64,000 bases of DNA, from contig MU008188.1 in assembly GCA_010909165.1 (NCBI GenBank), positions 186,001-250,000 on the forward strand, read 5' to 3'. A model generated the notes under the pieces. That model made no database searches and had not been told where the DNA came from. It worked only from the letters and a program-made list of their open reading frames with translations. Each line of letters starts with the position of its first letter. Position 1 is the stretch's first letter. The translations under genes were made by a program, and so were the position numbers. This DNA comes from Anthoceros angustus. Taxonomy: Eukaryota > Plantae > Anthocerotophyta. Positions 1 through 15,500 of the stretch are shown here, one piece after another.

Positions 1-1940
1 ACACAAATGTGACTTGATCTGGCTTCACTCCTTCCAGCTGCATCTGCTTAAAGAGAGAAAGGGCAACCTTAGCCCTGCCATGCTGTGCATACCCCAGAAT
101 CATTGCATTCCATGACACCAGGCCCCGTGCTGGCATTGCATCAAACACCTGTCGTGCATGATCAATGCTCCCGCATTTTGCATATGTGTCCAGCAGAGTG
201 GTCATCACTGCTACATTTTCCTCAAAACCCTTTGAGAGCACTGCTGCATGGATTCCCTTCACCTCTTCAAGAGCCCAGAGCTCGGTGCAAGCTCGAAGGA
301 TTCCAATAAAAGTCACCTCACTTTCCGTCACACCTGTGTGCTGCATTTCTTTGTAAAGGAGCAGAACCTCTTGGGCATGCCCTAGCCGACCATACCCCAT
401 GATCAATGCATTCCATGATACCACATCTTTTTCACGCGCAGAGGTGAACACAAGTTTTGCATCCTCAACGCTACCACATTTCACATACATGTCGATCAGT
501 GCATTGGTCACAAAAACGTCTGACCCATTTCCCGCCTGTATACGTGTATGAACCCTCTTGCCCTGTTCCAATGCTGCTAAACTCGCACATGCTTGAATAG
601 CTGCCATCACAGCGACCTTCTCTGGAGTGACACCTTCTTGTTCCATCGCATCAAACAATTCTAGGGCCTGCTGCCCAAGTCCATGCTGTGCATATCCTGC
701 AATCATCACAGTCCAAGAAATGCGGTCCTTCCTGTGAAGCTTGTCAAATACTAGACGAGCTGAGATAATGCAGCCACATTTGGAATACATGTCAATTAGA
801 GCATTGCTCACAAAGTCGCCTGCCTCCACACCAGCTTCGACAGCTAGAGAATGTATCCACTTCCCATCCTCCAGATCTGTTCCTTCGACACAAGAAGAAA
901 TAGCATTGAGGAAAGTCACCCGATTGGGTCTCACTCCATCCTCAAGCATTCTTCGGAACAGCATCCGAGCTTCCTTGCAAAGTCCCTGCGAAGCATAACC
1001 TCCAATCAGAGCGGTCCAGACTACCACATCTCGTATCTGCATTTGCTCAAAAACTTCCAGAGCATCCTGTATACTCCCACATTTTGCATACATGTTCACA
1101 AGATTGTTTCCAACGAAGTTATCTAGCTCTAGATTCCTCTGTCTGATCAGCTCATGGATCCTTCTGCCTTCTGCTAAAGCCTTGTTGCTGGCACACACAC
1201 AGAGAACGTGAGACAGAGTAGATCTATCAGGAACGACTTGGTCCTGCTGCATTCTGTCGAACAGTCTGAAAGCCTCCTCACCATTCCCAACCTGTTCATA
1301 TCCATGTATCATTGCATTCCATGTGACAACATCTCTCGTAACCATCCCGTCAAACAACCTCCGAGCTTCATCAACATTGCCACATTTCACGTAAAGAGTG
1401 ATAAGATGGTTGCCCAATTCAGCATTCAGCTTGACTCCGTGTGTCCTGATGCGAGCATGAACTCTCCGGCCCTCTTTAAAAGCTCTTAATTTGATGCACC
1501 ATCTCAGAATAGAGCCACAAATCTGCCGATATGTGTCCTGACTCTTAGACTCCATGCACTCTAGACATGCCAAAGCCTCCTCAAATCTTCCATCTTGACA
1601 AAGGGACCTTACATCCTTCGAATGCAAGAAACGATCACTGTCGTTCTGAGGCCTGCAATAATCACGTACTACCCGTTCACAAACTTCAACACAATGTATG
1701 CGACCATCAGGATACTAATCTCGATTTCCCACAGCACCATGAGTTAAATGCATGCAGCTGCTCTCCCAATTGCGACGTGAAAAAACTGCACCCGTCTTCC
1801 GCCAGGGATACACACCCGTTATTTCTATAGCAGTTTGCTTTGTCCACAGCCAGAACAGCACCCGGACTTTCTCCCCGTCCAGGCCTCATCGAACCTAGAC
1901 TGGACCAAGTCGAAATTGACCAGGCATTTCTCACCATCCT
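1..1940 (-). CDS. PLS-class PPR protein, runs off the left edge; 5' end uncertain
   Basis: Manual minus-strand translation gives P-L-S triplets (e.g. DVVTWNAMIHGY, FVGNNLVNMYAKCGSIQDA, VSWNAMILGYAQHG) from about 1650 to base 2. An in-frame stop near 1715 means the N-terminus comes from an upstream exon or frameshift (candidate ORF 1707-1964). Confidence 0.85.
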
Positions 1941-2240
1941 CCAGCTCGGATCTACTCTGTGCAAACAAACCTGCCCGGTTTCACAACGTCAGCACTGGGG
2001 AACTCAGCACCCAAACCCCCAGACAGCAAAACCCCAGACAGTGTGAAGGGAGGCAGAAAAGGATCAACCTGGGCATGCCACAAATAGAGCCGTCGAAGCA
2101 GACTCTTCGCAGGGGCCTCCATTGCCATCAAGCACACCATTCAGCTAGTCCTCCCTGGCTCCTTGCGAGGTGAAGTCGCCCAGGCAGTTCCGCGTTCACA
2201 CTTGGAAAGTTTTCGCACTATTTTCAGCAGCCCTAGGAAT

Positions 2241-2248
2241 TAGGGTTT
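2241..2248 (-). promoter_or_regulatory. Telo-box (AAACCCTA) upstream of RPL7
   Basis: tagggttt about 100 bp before the RPL7 ATG; telo-boxes are typical of plant ribosomal protein genes. Confidence 0.55.
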
Positions 2249-2339
2249 TCTTGCCCTACTAATTGTGAGTCGCCTATAGAGACATCCTTTTAGCCTACCT
2301 TGGCTGCAGAGTGCAGTCTCTCGTCGACCGGTTACAGCC

Positions 2340-3687
<1,348 letters not shown>

Positions 3688-4542
3688 AAAGTGTTTCACA
3701 ATGTTAAGAGTTGTATCAAATTTTGGTAATCCGGACACTAGGTTTAATCCGGATGTCTCCGATTGTGCGTCCTTTTTGTACACGATGCAAAGGTGTCGGG
3801 CGCGTAATCCGGTTGATTCTTGAAAATCATTTGAGTCTGAACACGGTTGCTTCTCGACGTCGAGTTATTAACACGTAGGCGAAGTCCACCTACGAGTCGA
3901 ATGTACTCCACTCGTTGGAGCTTAAGGTCGTTGGCCACATCTGAATTTAGATCTACCACCTTTTAAGACAGAACGGGGCGAACTACCACCTTTATGAAAT
4001 ACATGATGTGGCGAAAAAGGACAAGATTAAGCCACACTAAATACAGTACAGTTATGAACCCGAACCCGACATAAAATACATGATGTGGCGAAAAGGACAA
4101 GATCAAGCCACACTAAATACAGTACAGTAACTGGTTCCGAGTCGGCATGTTTCCCAGGTCCATTTTAGATACGAAATCCTTGGTCGACGAAACCAGTTAA
4201 TGGCAAAAATCCGTGCACGCATCCGTAAGAAATATCGGGTCGGGTCTTCATGGAACCTACATTGAACTCAAGAACCTGCTTCTAGTTTTCTAGGGTACAA
4301 GTGTGGCATTTGAGTGCATATGCGGGCCGCGAAGGTGCACCATTTTTGTTGTGTTGTGCAACCTAGATCTCATACCCAGAACGAATCATGTGGCCTCTAT
4401 CTTTACAGGCAGTACCAGGAGAATCGCAACGCTCTCCTCCAGTTGTCCATAGAGGAAATCATGACCTTGGTCTGCAATGGATGCCTAACACAACACGCGC
4501 AAGTGTGAATAATCAGCAAAACGTCCTTGCCACTCATTTTCA

Positions 4543-5064
4543 ATGGCCGGATGCACAACCTACATGGCAAGTGGACTCCCCTTGGCCGGTGTCGCAAGTT
4601 CCTTGCAGATTACCATCGAAACGACTGCATGCAAGAAAACAAAGGGCAAAAGGAAGAAAGGAGCAAGAAAGTTCGACGAGGCCACTGGCCCTACTAAGGG
4701 GCCAGTGGCAAACAAGAGATGGGAGGAAGCTGACCTTCTTACGTTGATTGCAGCAAGAAAAGAAGACATGATCAAACATAGAGAAGGAGGTACCAAGGAG
4801 CGAATGATGATAGGTGAAGCTTGTTGGGCTGCAATATCAGTTGCATGTGCAGCTTTAGGGATCTTCAAGACTAACAAACAGTGTAAGGACTGCTGGGAAG
4901 CTTTGATGACACACTTCAACAAGGTGCAAGACTGGGAGAGGCTTGGCAGTCATTCGGGAAGGTCAAGCTATTGGGCTGTGGAGAAGGGGGAGCGAGAGGC
5001 ACAGAAACTCCCCAAAGCTATGAGTAGAACATCAGATACTATGTACATGCCGCAACAAAGTTGA
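4543..5064 (+). CDS. Harbinger Myb/SANT (trihelix-like) DNA-binding protein, N-terminal part; probable C-terminal coiled coil at 6846-7064
   Basis: RWEEADLLTLI...CWAAIS...KTNKQCKDCWEAL...FNKVQDWE...SYW...R...KLP trihelix pattern. Confidence 0.75.
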   Translation: MAGCTTYMASGLPLAGVASSLQITIETTACKKTKGKRKKGARKFDEATGPTKGPVANKRWEEADLLTLIAARKEDMIKHREGGTKERMMIGEACWAAISVACAALGIFKTNKQCKDCWEALMTHFNKVQDWERLGSHSGRSSYWAVEKGEREAQKLPKAMSRTSDTMYMPQQS

Positions 5065-5094
5065 ATAGCCACGCTGGATAGCAGAAAACAAGGC

Positions 5095-6450
5095 AAGCAG
5101 ATGATCTAGAAAGTGTTTCACAATGTTAAGAGTTGTATCAAATTTTGGTAATCCGGACACTAGGTTTAATCCGGATGTCTCCGATTGTGCGTCCTTTTGT
5201 ACACGATGCAAAGGTGTCGGGCGCGTAATCCGGTTGATTCTTGAAAATCATTTGAGTCTGAACACGGTTTTGCTTCTCGACGTCGAGTTATTAACACGTA
5301 GGCGAAGTCCACCTACGAGTCGAATGTACTCCACTCGTTGGAGCTTAAGGTCGTTAGCCACATCTGAATTTAGATCTACCACCTTTTAAGACAGAACGGG
5401 GCGAACTACCACCTTTATGAAATACATGATGTGGCGAAAAGGACAAGATTAAGCCACACTAAATACAGTACGATTATGAACCCGAACCCGACATAAAATA
5501 CATGATGTGGCGAAAAGGACAAGATCAAGCCACACTAAATACAGTAATCGGTTCGAGTCGGCATGTTTCGGTCCATTTTAGATACGAAATCCTTGCCGAG
5601 AAACGGTTACCGGAATGGCAAAAAATTCCGTGCACGGCATCTGTAAGAAATATCGGGTCGGGTCTTCATGGAACCTACATTGAACTCAAGAACTTACTTC
5701 TAGTTTTCTAGGGTACAAGTGTGGCATTTGAGTGCTTTAGGCGGCGCGAAGGTGCACCATTTTGTTGTGTTGTGCAACCTAGATCTCATACCCGGAAGCG
5801 AATCATGGCCTCTATCTTTGTGCAGGAGAATCGCAACGCCTCCGGTTGTCCATAGAGGAAATCATGACCTTGCGCAATGGATGCCTAACACAACACGCGC
5901 AAGTGTGAATAATCGAAACGCCCTTGCCACTCATTTTCAATGGCCGGATGCACAACCTACATGGCAAGTGGACTCCCTTGGCGGTGTCCCAAGTTCCTCA
6001 GATCATAAGCGATGCATGAAGAGAAAGCAGTGGCAAAAGGAAGAAAGGAGCAAGAAAAGAGGCGGGCCTAAGGCCAGGCAAACAAGAGATGGAGGAAGGC
6101 GACCTTCTTACGTTGATTGCGAAGAAAAGAAGACATGATCAAACATAGAGAAGGAGGTACCAAGGAGGCGAATGATGATAGGTGAAGCTTGTTGGGCTGC
6201 AATATCGATTGCATGTGCTTTAGGGATCTTCAAGACTAACACAAATAAGGACTGGGAAGCTTTGATGACACACTTCAACAAGGTGCAAGGCTGGGAGAGG
6301 CTTGTCATTCGGGAAGGTCAAGCTATTGGGCTATGGAGAAGGGGAGCGAGAGGCACGAAACTCCCCAAAGCTATGAGTAGAACATGCATTTATACTATGT
6401 ACAGCCTGCCGCAACAAAGTTGAATAGCCGGGCTGTGGATAGCAAGAAAA
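5095..6450 (+). repeat. Indel-rich tandem copy of about 3673-5094 (RPL7 3' end plus Harbinger left arm)
   Basis: aagcagatgatctagaaagtgtttcacaatg recurs at about 3673 and 5095; the second copy has many small deletions. Confidence 0.9.
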
Positions 6451-7236
6451 CAAGGCAAGGGATGCTCCGCACCGGCATGGAACCGACGGAGAGGAAGGCA
6501 CCCCATGCAAGCAAATGGAATCTGGGAGTGGCAAACGGAGGAAACTAAAAGCACGTAATGGAGTAAGCGGCCTTGTACCTTTATTTGAGAAGAACCATGC
6601 ATAAGATGGATTTACTAAGAGCTAACGAGGAGTCCAAACAGCTAGGCATCAACAAATCTTAGAACTAGAGCGAGAGAAGATAGCATGTTGCTACAAACAA
6701 GGCAGCGGATGCTAACGGTACCGGCATGGGCGGCGGAGGAAGGCACCCCATGCAAGCAAGCTGAATGGGAGTGGCAAGCGGAGGAAACTAAAAGCAGAAT
6801 GGAGTAAGCGGCCTTGTACCTTTATTTGAGAAGAACCATGCGCAGATGGATTTACTAAGAGCTAACGAGGAGTCCAAACAGGCTAGGCATCAACAAATCT
6901 TAGAACTAGAGAGAGAAGATAGCATGTTGCTGAACAAAAAGATAGATCAGCTCGAGATTGGCAGGGGCATGTTGTTAGCAATGACTAAGCTTTCAGGCAG
7001 TATTCGGAATTTAGGAGCTTCTCTAATAGAAGCTGCCCAAATTAAAAATGGCAATACAAAATAAGTGGATGTGTGGATTCGCTCTTCTTCCTTCATGATT
7101 TGGAAGCTTTATTAAGTGCTCTTGTCCATACACATTCGTGTAGTCTTCTTTGTATGTTTGTAATGTAGTCTTATTCTTCTTCAATACGTAATACATGCAT
7201 TAAAGCAGTAATCTATGTCCTTCGGGCTGCACGGGT

Positions 7237-8520
7237 CTATTGGATTATGTACCGTTCTTGGTACTTCATTCTCAATGTCCTATTTAATAAACTTGGGTCC
7301 AATTCATCTCCTCGATCAATTCTAATATTGTGCAATATTGCACATGCATAAGAAACCTCGGTGAAGTAGCTGATGTTCCCCCGCCAAATTTGTTCTTCCA
7401 ATATTCGCCATACTTTTTTCAATGCTCCAAAAGCAGTTTCAACAACCATTCTTGTGGATGAATGCTTGTAATTAAAGGACTCCATACTACGCAATAGACC
7501 TCTTCCTGGGAAAGGAATAACAAGCCAAGGTAATAAAGGATAACCTGCATCACCTATTATGTATTCTCTTATGGCTTGTTCTTCAACCATGACAACCTCG
7601 CCATTTAGTCTTCTACCTGCATTTGCCAGATGATAAAATTCACTATTATATAAAATACGCATGTCATTAGCTGCTCCTGGCCACCCTGTGACAATGTCCA
7701 AGAATTTCTTGTCAGGCCCTACAATTGCTTGCATTACCATAGTATAGTCTTTGTACCATCCACGATATTCCCATGAGTTTTCGCCCATGGCAAGCTCCAT
7801 CTTGAAGTGAGTTGCATCTACGACCCCACAACAATTGATAAAACCTTGTTTATCCTTAAACCCATCCTTTACCGCTCTTAGTTCTTCTCCTTCTGGCCAC
7901 CGTAGATGATGTGTAGCTCATCGAATGAAGGCCACAATAAACCTACGAATCACTTCACATGCGGTGCTTCGACCAACACCAAACGTTTCACCAATTGACA
8001 AAAAGAGTCACCTGTTGCAAACCTTCTCAGAGCAATAACCACTTGTTTATGAATTGGGATATTTCTTCCAGGCACAATGTTAAAGTCTGGCACATTTACA
8101 ATTGCAAGTCTTGCCAAACTAAACTACAAATATATTCAAAAGTTGACCATGAGAATCTCAAGAAGCTAGAAAATCTCCGCTCATCTTCCCTTGCCACCAT
8201 GCTATATAAAGGCCACATATCGTTGATACGAGGTTTGATGTAATACATACCCCTTTGTACTCCATGAAAGAGCCCTCTTGGCAACTTGTTTGGGTCATCC
8301 AAAGATCCCAAGTATAACAATTAACTCATCACATGCACAAACAAGGTCTTCCATCGCATCTTCAAAAGACAATTCTTCTCCTTGGAATAATGAGGCTTGC
8401 ATGATGTTAGCATTGTTAGAATAAAAAAATATCCAATTGCTCCATAAACTTAAACACATTTTTCATACATCCAATAATAGTCATAAGCACACCATAGATC
8501 GAAATATTACTTGATGTAAC
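7237..8520 (-). pseudogene. Harbinger (HARBI1/ALP1-like) DDE transposase, frameshifted
   Basis: GVVDATHF, MQAIV...GWPGAANDMRIL, IIGDAGYPLLPWL, FNYKHSSTRMVVETAFGALKKVWRIL, ACAILHN; N-terminal FLRFSWSTFEYI lies in a separate ORF. Confidence 0.9.
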
Positions 8521-8521
8521 C

Positions 8522-8671
<150 letters not shown>

Positions 8672-8994
8672 GAAACCAAACCACCTCAAGCTCTTGGCAC
8701 CATCTACAAAGCGCTGCTCCCCTACAAAACTTGAACTCCCAAGCGCTGCTCCCAACAGAACTTGAACCCCTGTCCTTCCAAAAGCCCAAATGCGCCCCGT
8801 ACGGTTTGTGGAGTTACTTAAAGTAGGTCGGGTCCATGGAGCTTCAACGGACAAACCGAAACAAGGTATCTCAACCGGTTACAGTAGGTAAAAGTGAGGA
8901 AATCCGGGTTGTAGTTCGGGGCACACGCGAACGCGGACGCCGCAACTCCGGCTCAGATTAGGCCCTCGGGGTTCGGGTTCATGCGAACCCACCC

Positions 8995-9069
8995 TTAGTC
9001 AAAACGGGGCGAACTACCACCTTTAGTCAGAACAGGGCGGACTACCACCTTTAGTCAGAACGGGGCGGC
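8995..9069. repeat. 29-bp tandem repeat (actaccacctttagtcagaacggggcg), continued left of the Harbinger at 3952-3994
   Basis: The same unit occurs on both sides of the element. Confidence 0.8.
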
Positions 9070-9279
9070 ATATGTTTTTGATAGCAGATGGTGTGCGAAA
9101 GAAATATCTTGAATAATAGCTACAAAACAATTATTTTGGAAACAATTTTCATACAATGTTCAACCACATCACAAAATGCACCTTGCACCACTTAATCCAG
9201 ACTCAACAAGTTACGGGAGCTCTTTGCATGCCGCCTCTGGTCACATGGATCATCCTTTCATGCCACTTCACATCACTTT

Positions 9280-9447
9280 CAGTTTACCCTAAAGTACTAA
9301 ACTCGTCTTAGCTAGCGTTTACTCTAAAACACTAAGAGTCATATTAGTTTACCCTAAAACCCTATGACTCATGTCAATTTACCCTAGAACACTAAGAGTT
9401 GTCTTAGTTTACCCTAAATCATGTAGACCTATTGTGTCTACCCTACC
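9280..9447. repeat. About 30-bp periodic repeat with tttaccctaaa core
   Basis: About 6 degenerate units. Confidence 0.7.
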
Positions 9448-9699
9448 TTGGAATAAAATAAAAGACAGACTCCAACCATCCCAAAGTTTGCTTTTGGCAT
9501 GAAGTTTGCTCTTGCCTCCGGTTGCTCCAGTCATGCTCTTGCCTCCGGTTGTCCAGTCATGCTCTTATTTTGGGTTGCTCCTCCAGTCGCTTGATCTCTT
9601 CTCCTAGCTTGTTGCTCTGTTAGTTTCGCCCCATCTACTAACTTGATGTTCTACTCATTTAGTTTCACGTCAGCTACTTGCTCTAGTCGTTTGGTCACG

Positions 9700-11960
9700 A
9701 GCTTGTCATGCCGTGTGACGCTAATATGAGCGCTTGGGTTTAGTGTTTGATTAGTGTTAATTAATCTAATTACTTAGATTTAATTAAGTAAGTAATTAAT
9801 ATTATTCAATCAAACGTGCTTATGTTATTAAATATTAAATATTATTAATTAAACATGGTTAGCAATAGCTAAGTGGATAAGCACAAGTAATATGCTTTAG
9901 GATATTCCTTGCATATTTTAGTGCATTCTCAGGATATTTTTGGCATATGCTGATGCCAATAGTTTATTTTAGGACTCTGCCTATGCCAAGGGCTAGTATA
10001 TATAGACCCTTTCACAGAGGACAAGCTCAGATCATAGTTTGTCCTTTATATATGCAATACAAGAGTGTTGTGAGGAGGCCAAAGCTATGACTCCGAGAAC
10101 GATGTGTGAGGAATTAGCATGTTATTCCTGTGGAGAGAGTAAGTTGTGCCACAACGTGCGAGCTACTCTCTCCTATTGTTACAAGCTATGATCTTCTTGT
10201 GTACGCTAGATAGGCATGCTAGGATTGATAAGCTTGCTAAGCAAGTTAGGCGATGCTAGGCCTTGCAAGGCTTAGTGTGCTAGGCTTGCTAAGGTGATGC
10301 TACGCTATGCTTAGCTCGCTAGGCAAGTAGGCAAGTGACCCTCTGAAGCAAGGTGGAGCCTGAAGATCGTGCCCAGTGCTTGGGGCAAGAGGGAGTCACC
10401 TGAAGAAGCCCAAGTCCCAAGGCTTGAGAAGTATGAAGGGCCCAAGGCATTGACCTTCGGATCTTGATCGCAAGGTTGCATTGTGGAGCCATGAGCGCAT
10501 CCACTTAACTCGCTTCAATATGTAGCAGAGATGTTCCGAAGGAGAAACGGAACAACGGTCTTAAGATGCGCTCCCAAGCCGATTTCCAGAGGACCTCTCT
10601 TATGCCATGATTGTAGATATGAAGAGTGGAGCGCTTAAAGCCACCGCCGCGCAGAATCGAGAAAGTCAGTGGCATGTTGGTGCCTAGCTCTATGCAAGAC
10701 TGCTGCCAGGGAAAAATCCCAAACAGAATAATCTTCAGGATCAAAAAACAAGGAGGACAGATTGTACACTTCATCAATACGATAATTTTTGAAGGGGGGG
10801 AATATAGTAACCCCCTTCGGTAGAGACAGCACCCCCTTGTCACGAAGAACACCTTTCCTAGAACAGCATATGTGCCCTACTTTGATAATGCACACACCCT
10901 TTATGAGGTCATACCTGTGATAAAAGACGCACTTTCAAGTCTACACCCGAGAACTGGAGCACAGTAGGGTGTGGGCCCGTCTGCGTTTTTGTAGAATGCA
11001 TAAAGGGCTACCATTTTCATATGTTTATTACAACCGAAAACTTTTACTTTCAAGTGGTGGAACACAATGAAAACAATCCTATACTAGCAGGAGTCTTATT
11101 TCAATGGTCGTGAGAACATTGCAACAAATAACTTGCTAAAGGAAGAAGAGGTCATCAGCATCGACAATAGTCATTCAAGAGTGCGGCCTGGCAACTCATC
11201 CATGCCTCAAAACCGAGCGGTACCACCGCCATATTCCGGAGGCGGTCCATATCCTCCGCCTCAAAGTTGTCGTTCTCCTCCATTGCTTGCTCGTCTTCAA
11301 TAGTACCATTCTTGGGCCCGCTCGGTGTCGATCACACACAAAGATCTAGCGTCACGACCCTCATCCAAAAGGTCGCTAGTCGTGGTCTTCAACCTTCTGG
11401 CACTCAATGCAACCACTTGGGCTTTAAGGCAATGCTAGCGTCCTTAAAATGAACAAAGTTAGTTGCCCATGCGCCCATGCAAGCATCCATAAAATCAACA
11501 AAATTGGGTTATTAAGGAGATAGGGTTCTGAACACGAAACCTATTCATTTCTACACTTTCTTCCCAAACACTTGACCAACGGTCCCAAGTTGCAACGCTT
11601 TTTAGCTGCTAAATATATATTTTCTTGAGACCAGCCTATGAGGAGCCCATGGGGCGCCTGGCATCGCCCATGGGTGGGCGGGGTGTGTGCTGGGGAGGCG
11701 CCGTGGGTGGCAGGGGGGCGCCCGGCCGGCGCCCATGGGGCGGTGTGCTAGGGGAGGCGGCCGGCCGGCGCCCATGGGGCGAGGGTGTGCTAGGGAGGAC
11801 GGCCAGCCGGCGCCCATGTGCAGTGTGCTAGGGAGGGCATCGGTGGCCGAATCGGCTAGGGGAGGCATGTGGCGGGGGGCGGAATGGGGAGGGGCCGGCC
11901 GGCCGGCCGACGGTGTGCTGGGGAGGCGGCCGGCCGGCCGGCCCGGGCTCGGACCTCGCC
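9700..11960. mobile_element. Probable LTR-retrotransposon debris
   Basis: LTR-like AT-rich/TATA segment. On the minus strand, weak zinc-knuckle-like (GVCIIKVGHICC) and protease-like (VDALM) traces. GC-rich cgcccatggg repeats at 11640-11960. Confidence 0.3.
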
Positions 11961-12529
11961 TCCCTTAGCACCATCCTACGGTGCATGCGGGTGAAGCTAG
12001 GAGACGAAGGCAGGTAGTGTGTCCCGGTCACTTGGAGTGGAAGGTGTGGCCCGTTTGCGGAAGGGTTAAAAGATTTGCGTCCATAGGTATTTGTTGAAGA
12101 GTACAAGTGGTGGGAAGCCTTTTGGGTGGACGGAAGGAGATTGCTATCATTGTGGAGAATAACATTGGGCTAGTGCTACGATCCTTGGAAGTGGTTTTCA
12201 CGTGCGAAGTGGATCATCTGACCACTTCAAGTGCGGATGAAGCTTTGCTAGATGAGGCATTATTGAGGGACCTCCACGTGATATGTACTTGGGGCATATC
12301 AAAATGCGGAAGGCAACAGTTGGGTGGAATGGGCGGATAAATGGGGACATAATGGAAATCTTGAAGGGATGTTTCCGGCGATCTTTGCACGGACATATAC
12401 CATTCGGATTGGGGAGAGTCATTGGCCAAGCTAGATGCACCGACCTCACTTTCTCATCCAATGGCACAGACTGCCGCATGCACGAAGGAGATATGTGTAG
12501 GAATATGTGGCGCGACTCGTGGCAGTCTG

Positions 12530-15500
12530 GACAATCCGTGTCGTTGTAGTAAGGGGTCCGCTCCCAAGAGAATGATAGGCTCCGTTGGCCGTTTCAATCG
12601 TTTCTTATCTCACGTAGTACCGTTCGCACTCAACACACACATTCGCCGTTTTCGACTAACTACCAGCGTTCAGAGACGAGGCCAGCGTGGCCAAGCGTTT
12701 AAAGACCGTTGCTCCGTATCACTCAAGTTTGTCACTCGTTCCTCTAGTCCGTTCCTCTCACCATTCACACTACACTCATCGTCCTTGGAGAAAACGCGGT
12801 GGTCATGCGGTCCGGACCTCCTCCGTCGCTGCCGGGCCTCTCGTCCTCTGCGCCCCTCCGGGTCCCTCCGGCTCACACGTTCCAGTCCGTCCGACGCTGG
12901 GCCGCCGCTCGGGACGAGCAAGGGTCCTTGATCGCTCTTCCCTGCACACACCACCACACGTTAGGGTCCGTCACGGGACCTTGATCGATCTCCCAGCCGG
13001 CTGCTTTCGATGACTCAGGACTCACGTTAGCAAGAAGGCGCACAAGAGCTTGCAAGGAAACGCGGCATCAACACCAAGAGAAAGATACTTTACTAGAGCA
13101 GCCTCAGCCCTCTTCTACGCCCAAGGTGGCGTCTTTATTACACCTATGCGGTGATGGCCACTCGGTCTGTCGCCTACTATTTCCCTTATTCCACCTATCT
13201 CGCCTGGTCGTGGTGGGGCTGGTTGCCCATTCCGCCTTGGCTGGCGTGAAGCCTATACGACAGCTGCGGGCGCACCAATCGGATGATCCGAGGCGGGCCC
13301 CTACCTCTCCCGAGAATGCAGCCATGCGCTTCGGCGACAGCGATCACCACTAAATCCTCCTCCCCATCCTCTCTTATCTTGCTGGCGAGCCCTTGTACAG
13401 CGGGCCCTCCAAGAGATGGTTCTGTCAGGGTTGGTGATTGGTGGCTCCCTTCCGCGCGCTAAGTCTGGACCTCAGGGTCCAGTCTCGACTCCGGAGTCCG
13501 GACCTCTAGGCCCGGTCTTCTCTCTGGGGTCCGGACTTCTGGGTCCGGTCTTCTTTCTGGAGTCCGGACCTCAGGGTCCGGACTTGCCTCTGGGGTCCGG
13601 TCTTGTCACTAGAGTCCGGACCTCCGAGTCCGGACCTCAGGGTCCGGTCTTGTCACTAGAGTCTGGACCTCTGAGTCCAGACTTTCTTCAAGAGGCCGGA
13701 CCTCGGGGTCCGTTTTGAGTCCGGACAAAGTCCGGACCTCGGGGCTCGCCCCATTGGACTTATCAATGGCTCACCCCAGGCCCTCTCGTGGTTCCAGGTT
13801 TCCGGATCGCCCTTCTCGGCCTCCCGGGGCCCTCCTCCTCTCCTTCCGTGGTGAGGTGCGGAGTGCTTACCTCAGCGCAGCGCGCCTCCTCCTCGCTCCT
13901 CCTCCTCCTCGCCACTGCTGCGCCGTCATCAAGCAGCGCTCCTAAGGTCCCGTGGCCGTCTTTGTCTCGGCCTTCCTCCTCGCTCCTCCTTGACCCGTAA
14001 GTCCGGACTGGGTCCGGACTTGCCTGGGTCCGGACCTCGTGCCTTGAGAAGCTCCAGCGTGGTAGTAGGCAAAGTCCGAATCGACTTGTTGAATTGCCTC
14101 CTCCACATGGGCCGGAGCACCCGGTACTCCTCCTCCGGAGGTGCTCGGCGGTTAGGCGCGTTGTCCCGCTTCTTTGGATCGTCTCCGCCAGCTCGCCAAG
14201 CTGGCCGGGCGGACTCCATGGCCAAGGCGGCCTCCGACACCTCCTGCAGCCTTTGCCGCCGACGCGCCTCCTCCCTTCGCTGCTGAAGCTCCACCGGTTG
14301 TTGGCCATGGAGCTTCGCTCCCCCTCACGACAAGCAGCCTCTACTCCTCCTCCAGGCTCGTCCCTCCGTTCATCCTTACCCGAGGTCCGCCACTTCCTTC
14401 TCCAGGGCGGTATCTCCGCCTCCTCCGCCTCCTCCGGCTCCTTCTTGACTGGCGACATCCAACTCCTTAGATCGCCGCCATTCTCTTCCGTCTTCAGCGA
14501 GAGCGCTCTATCTCTGCTCAAAGTCTTGGATTCTCCCGTTGGGAATCCGTGTCGTTGTAGTAAGGGGTCCGCTCAGAGTCCGGACTTGCCTGGGTCCGGA
14601 CCTCCTCCGCCTCCTCCGGCTCCTCCTCCGCCGCCTCCTCCTCCTCCACATGGGCCCGGTCTTCTTTCGAGTCCGGACTTGCCTGGGTCCGGACCTCCTC
14701 CTCCTCCGCCGCCTCCTCCTCCTCCTCCACATGGGCCGGAGCACCCGGTACTCCCTCCTCCGGCTCAGAGTCCGGACCTCGGGTCCGGACCTCGGTCCGG
14801 ACCTCGGTCCGGACCTCCTCCGCCGCCTCCTCCGCCTCCCGAGTCCGGACCTCGGGGTCCGTTCCTCTAGTCCGCTCCTCCTCCACATGGGCCCGGCCCA
14901 CAGTCCGGACCTCCTCCGCCTCCTCCTCGCTCCTCCTCCCTTCGCTTGCGAGGTCTTCAACCTGCCTCCAAGAGAATGATAGACTCACACAGCCGCTTTC
15001 AACTGCTTTCTTATCTCACGTAGCCGCACTCAACACACATTCATCGCTTTTTTCGACTAACTACGTAACGCGTCACCGACAGTTCGGCGTAAGCGTTTAA
15101 AGACCTGCCGGTCTCAGTATCACTCAAGTTTGTCACTCGTTCCTCTAGTCCGCTCCTCTCACCATTCACACTACACTCATCGTCCTTGAGAAAAACGCGG
15201 TGGTCAAGGCGTCCGGACCTCCTCCGTCGCCTCCGCCAAGCCCGTCCGGCTCTACACGCCTCCCGAGTCCCTCCGCTCACGCCTGGGCCTGCCGACCGCC
15301 GGACGAGCAAGGGTCCTTGATCGCTCTTCCCGCACCCACCACCACGCGTTAGGGTCCGTCACGGGACCTTGATCGCCTCCCGGCATCACCGCCTGTTGAC
15401 TCAGGGACTCACGTTAGCAGAAGGCTACATAAGAGCTTGCAAGGAAACGCGCATCAACACCAAGAGAAAGATACTTTACTAGAGCAACCCTCACTTCTAC

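Noticed and set aside
12198-12479. CPC motif suggesting a CACTA transposase-associated domain
   Set aside because: Too little additional motif support
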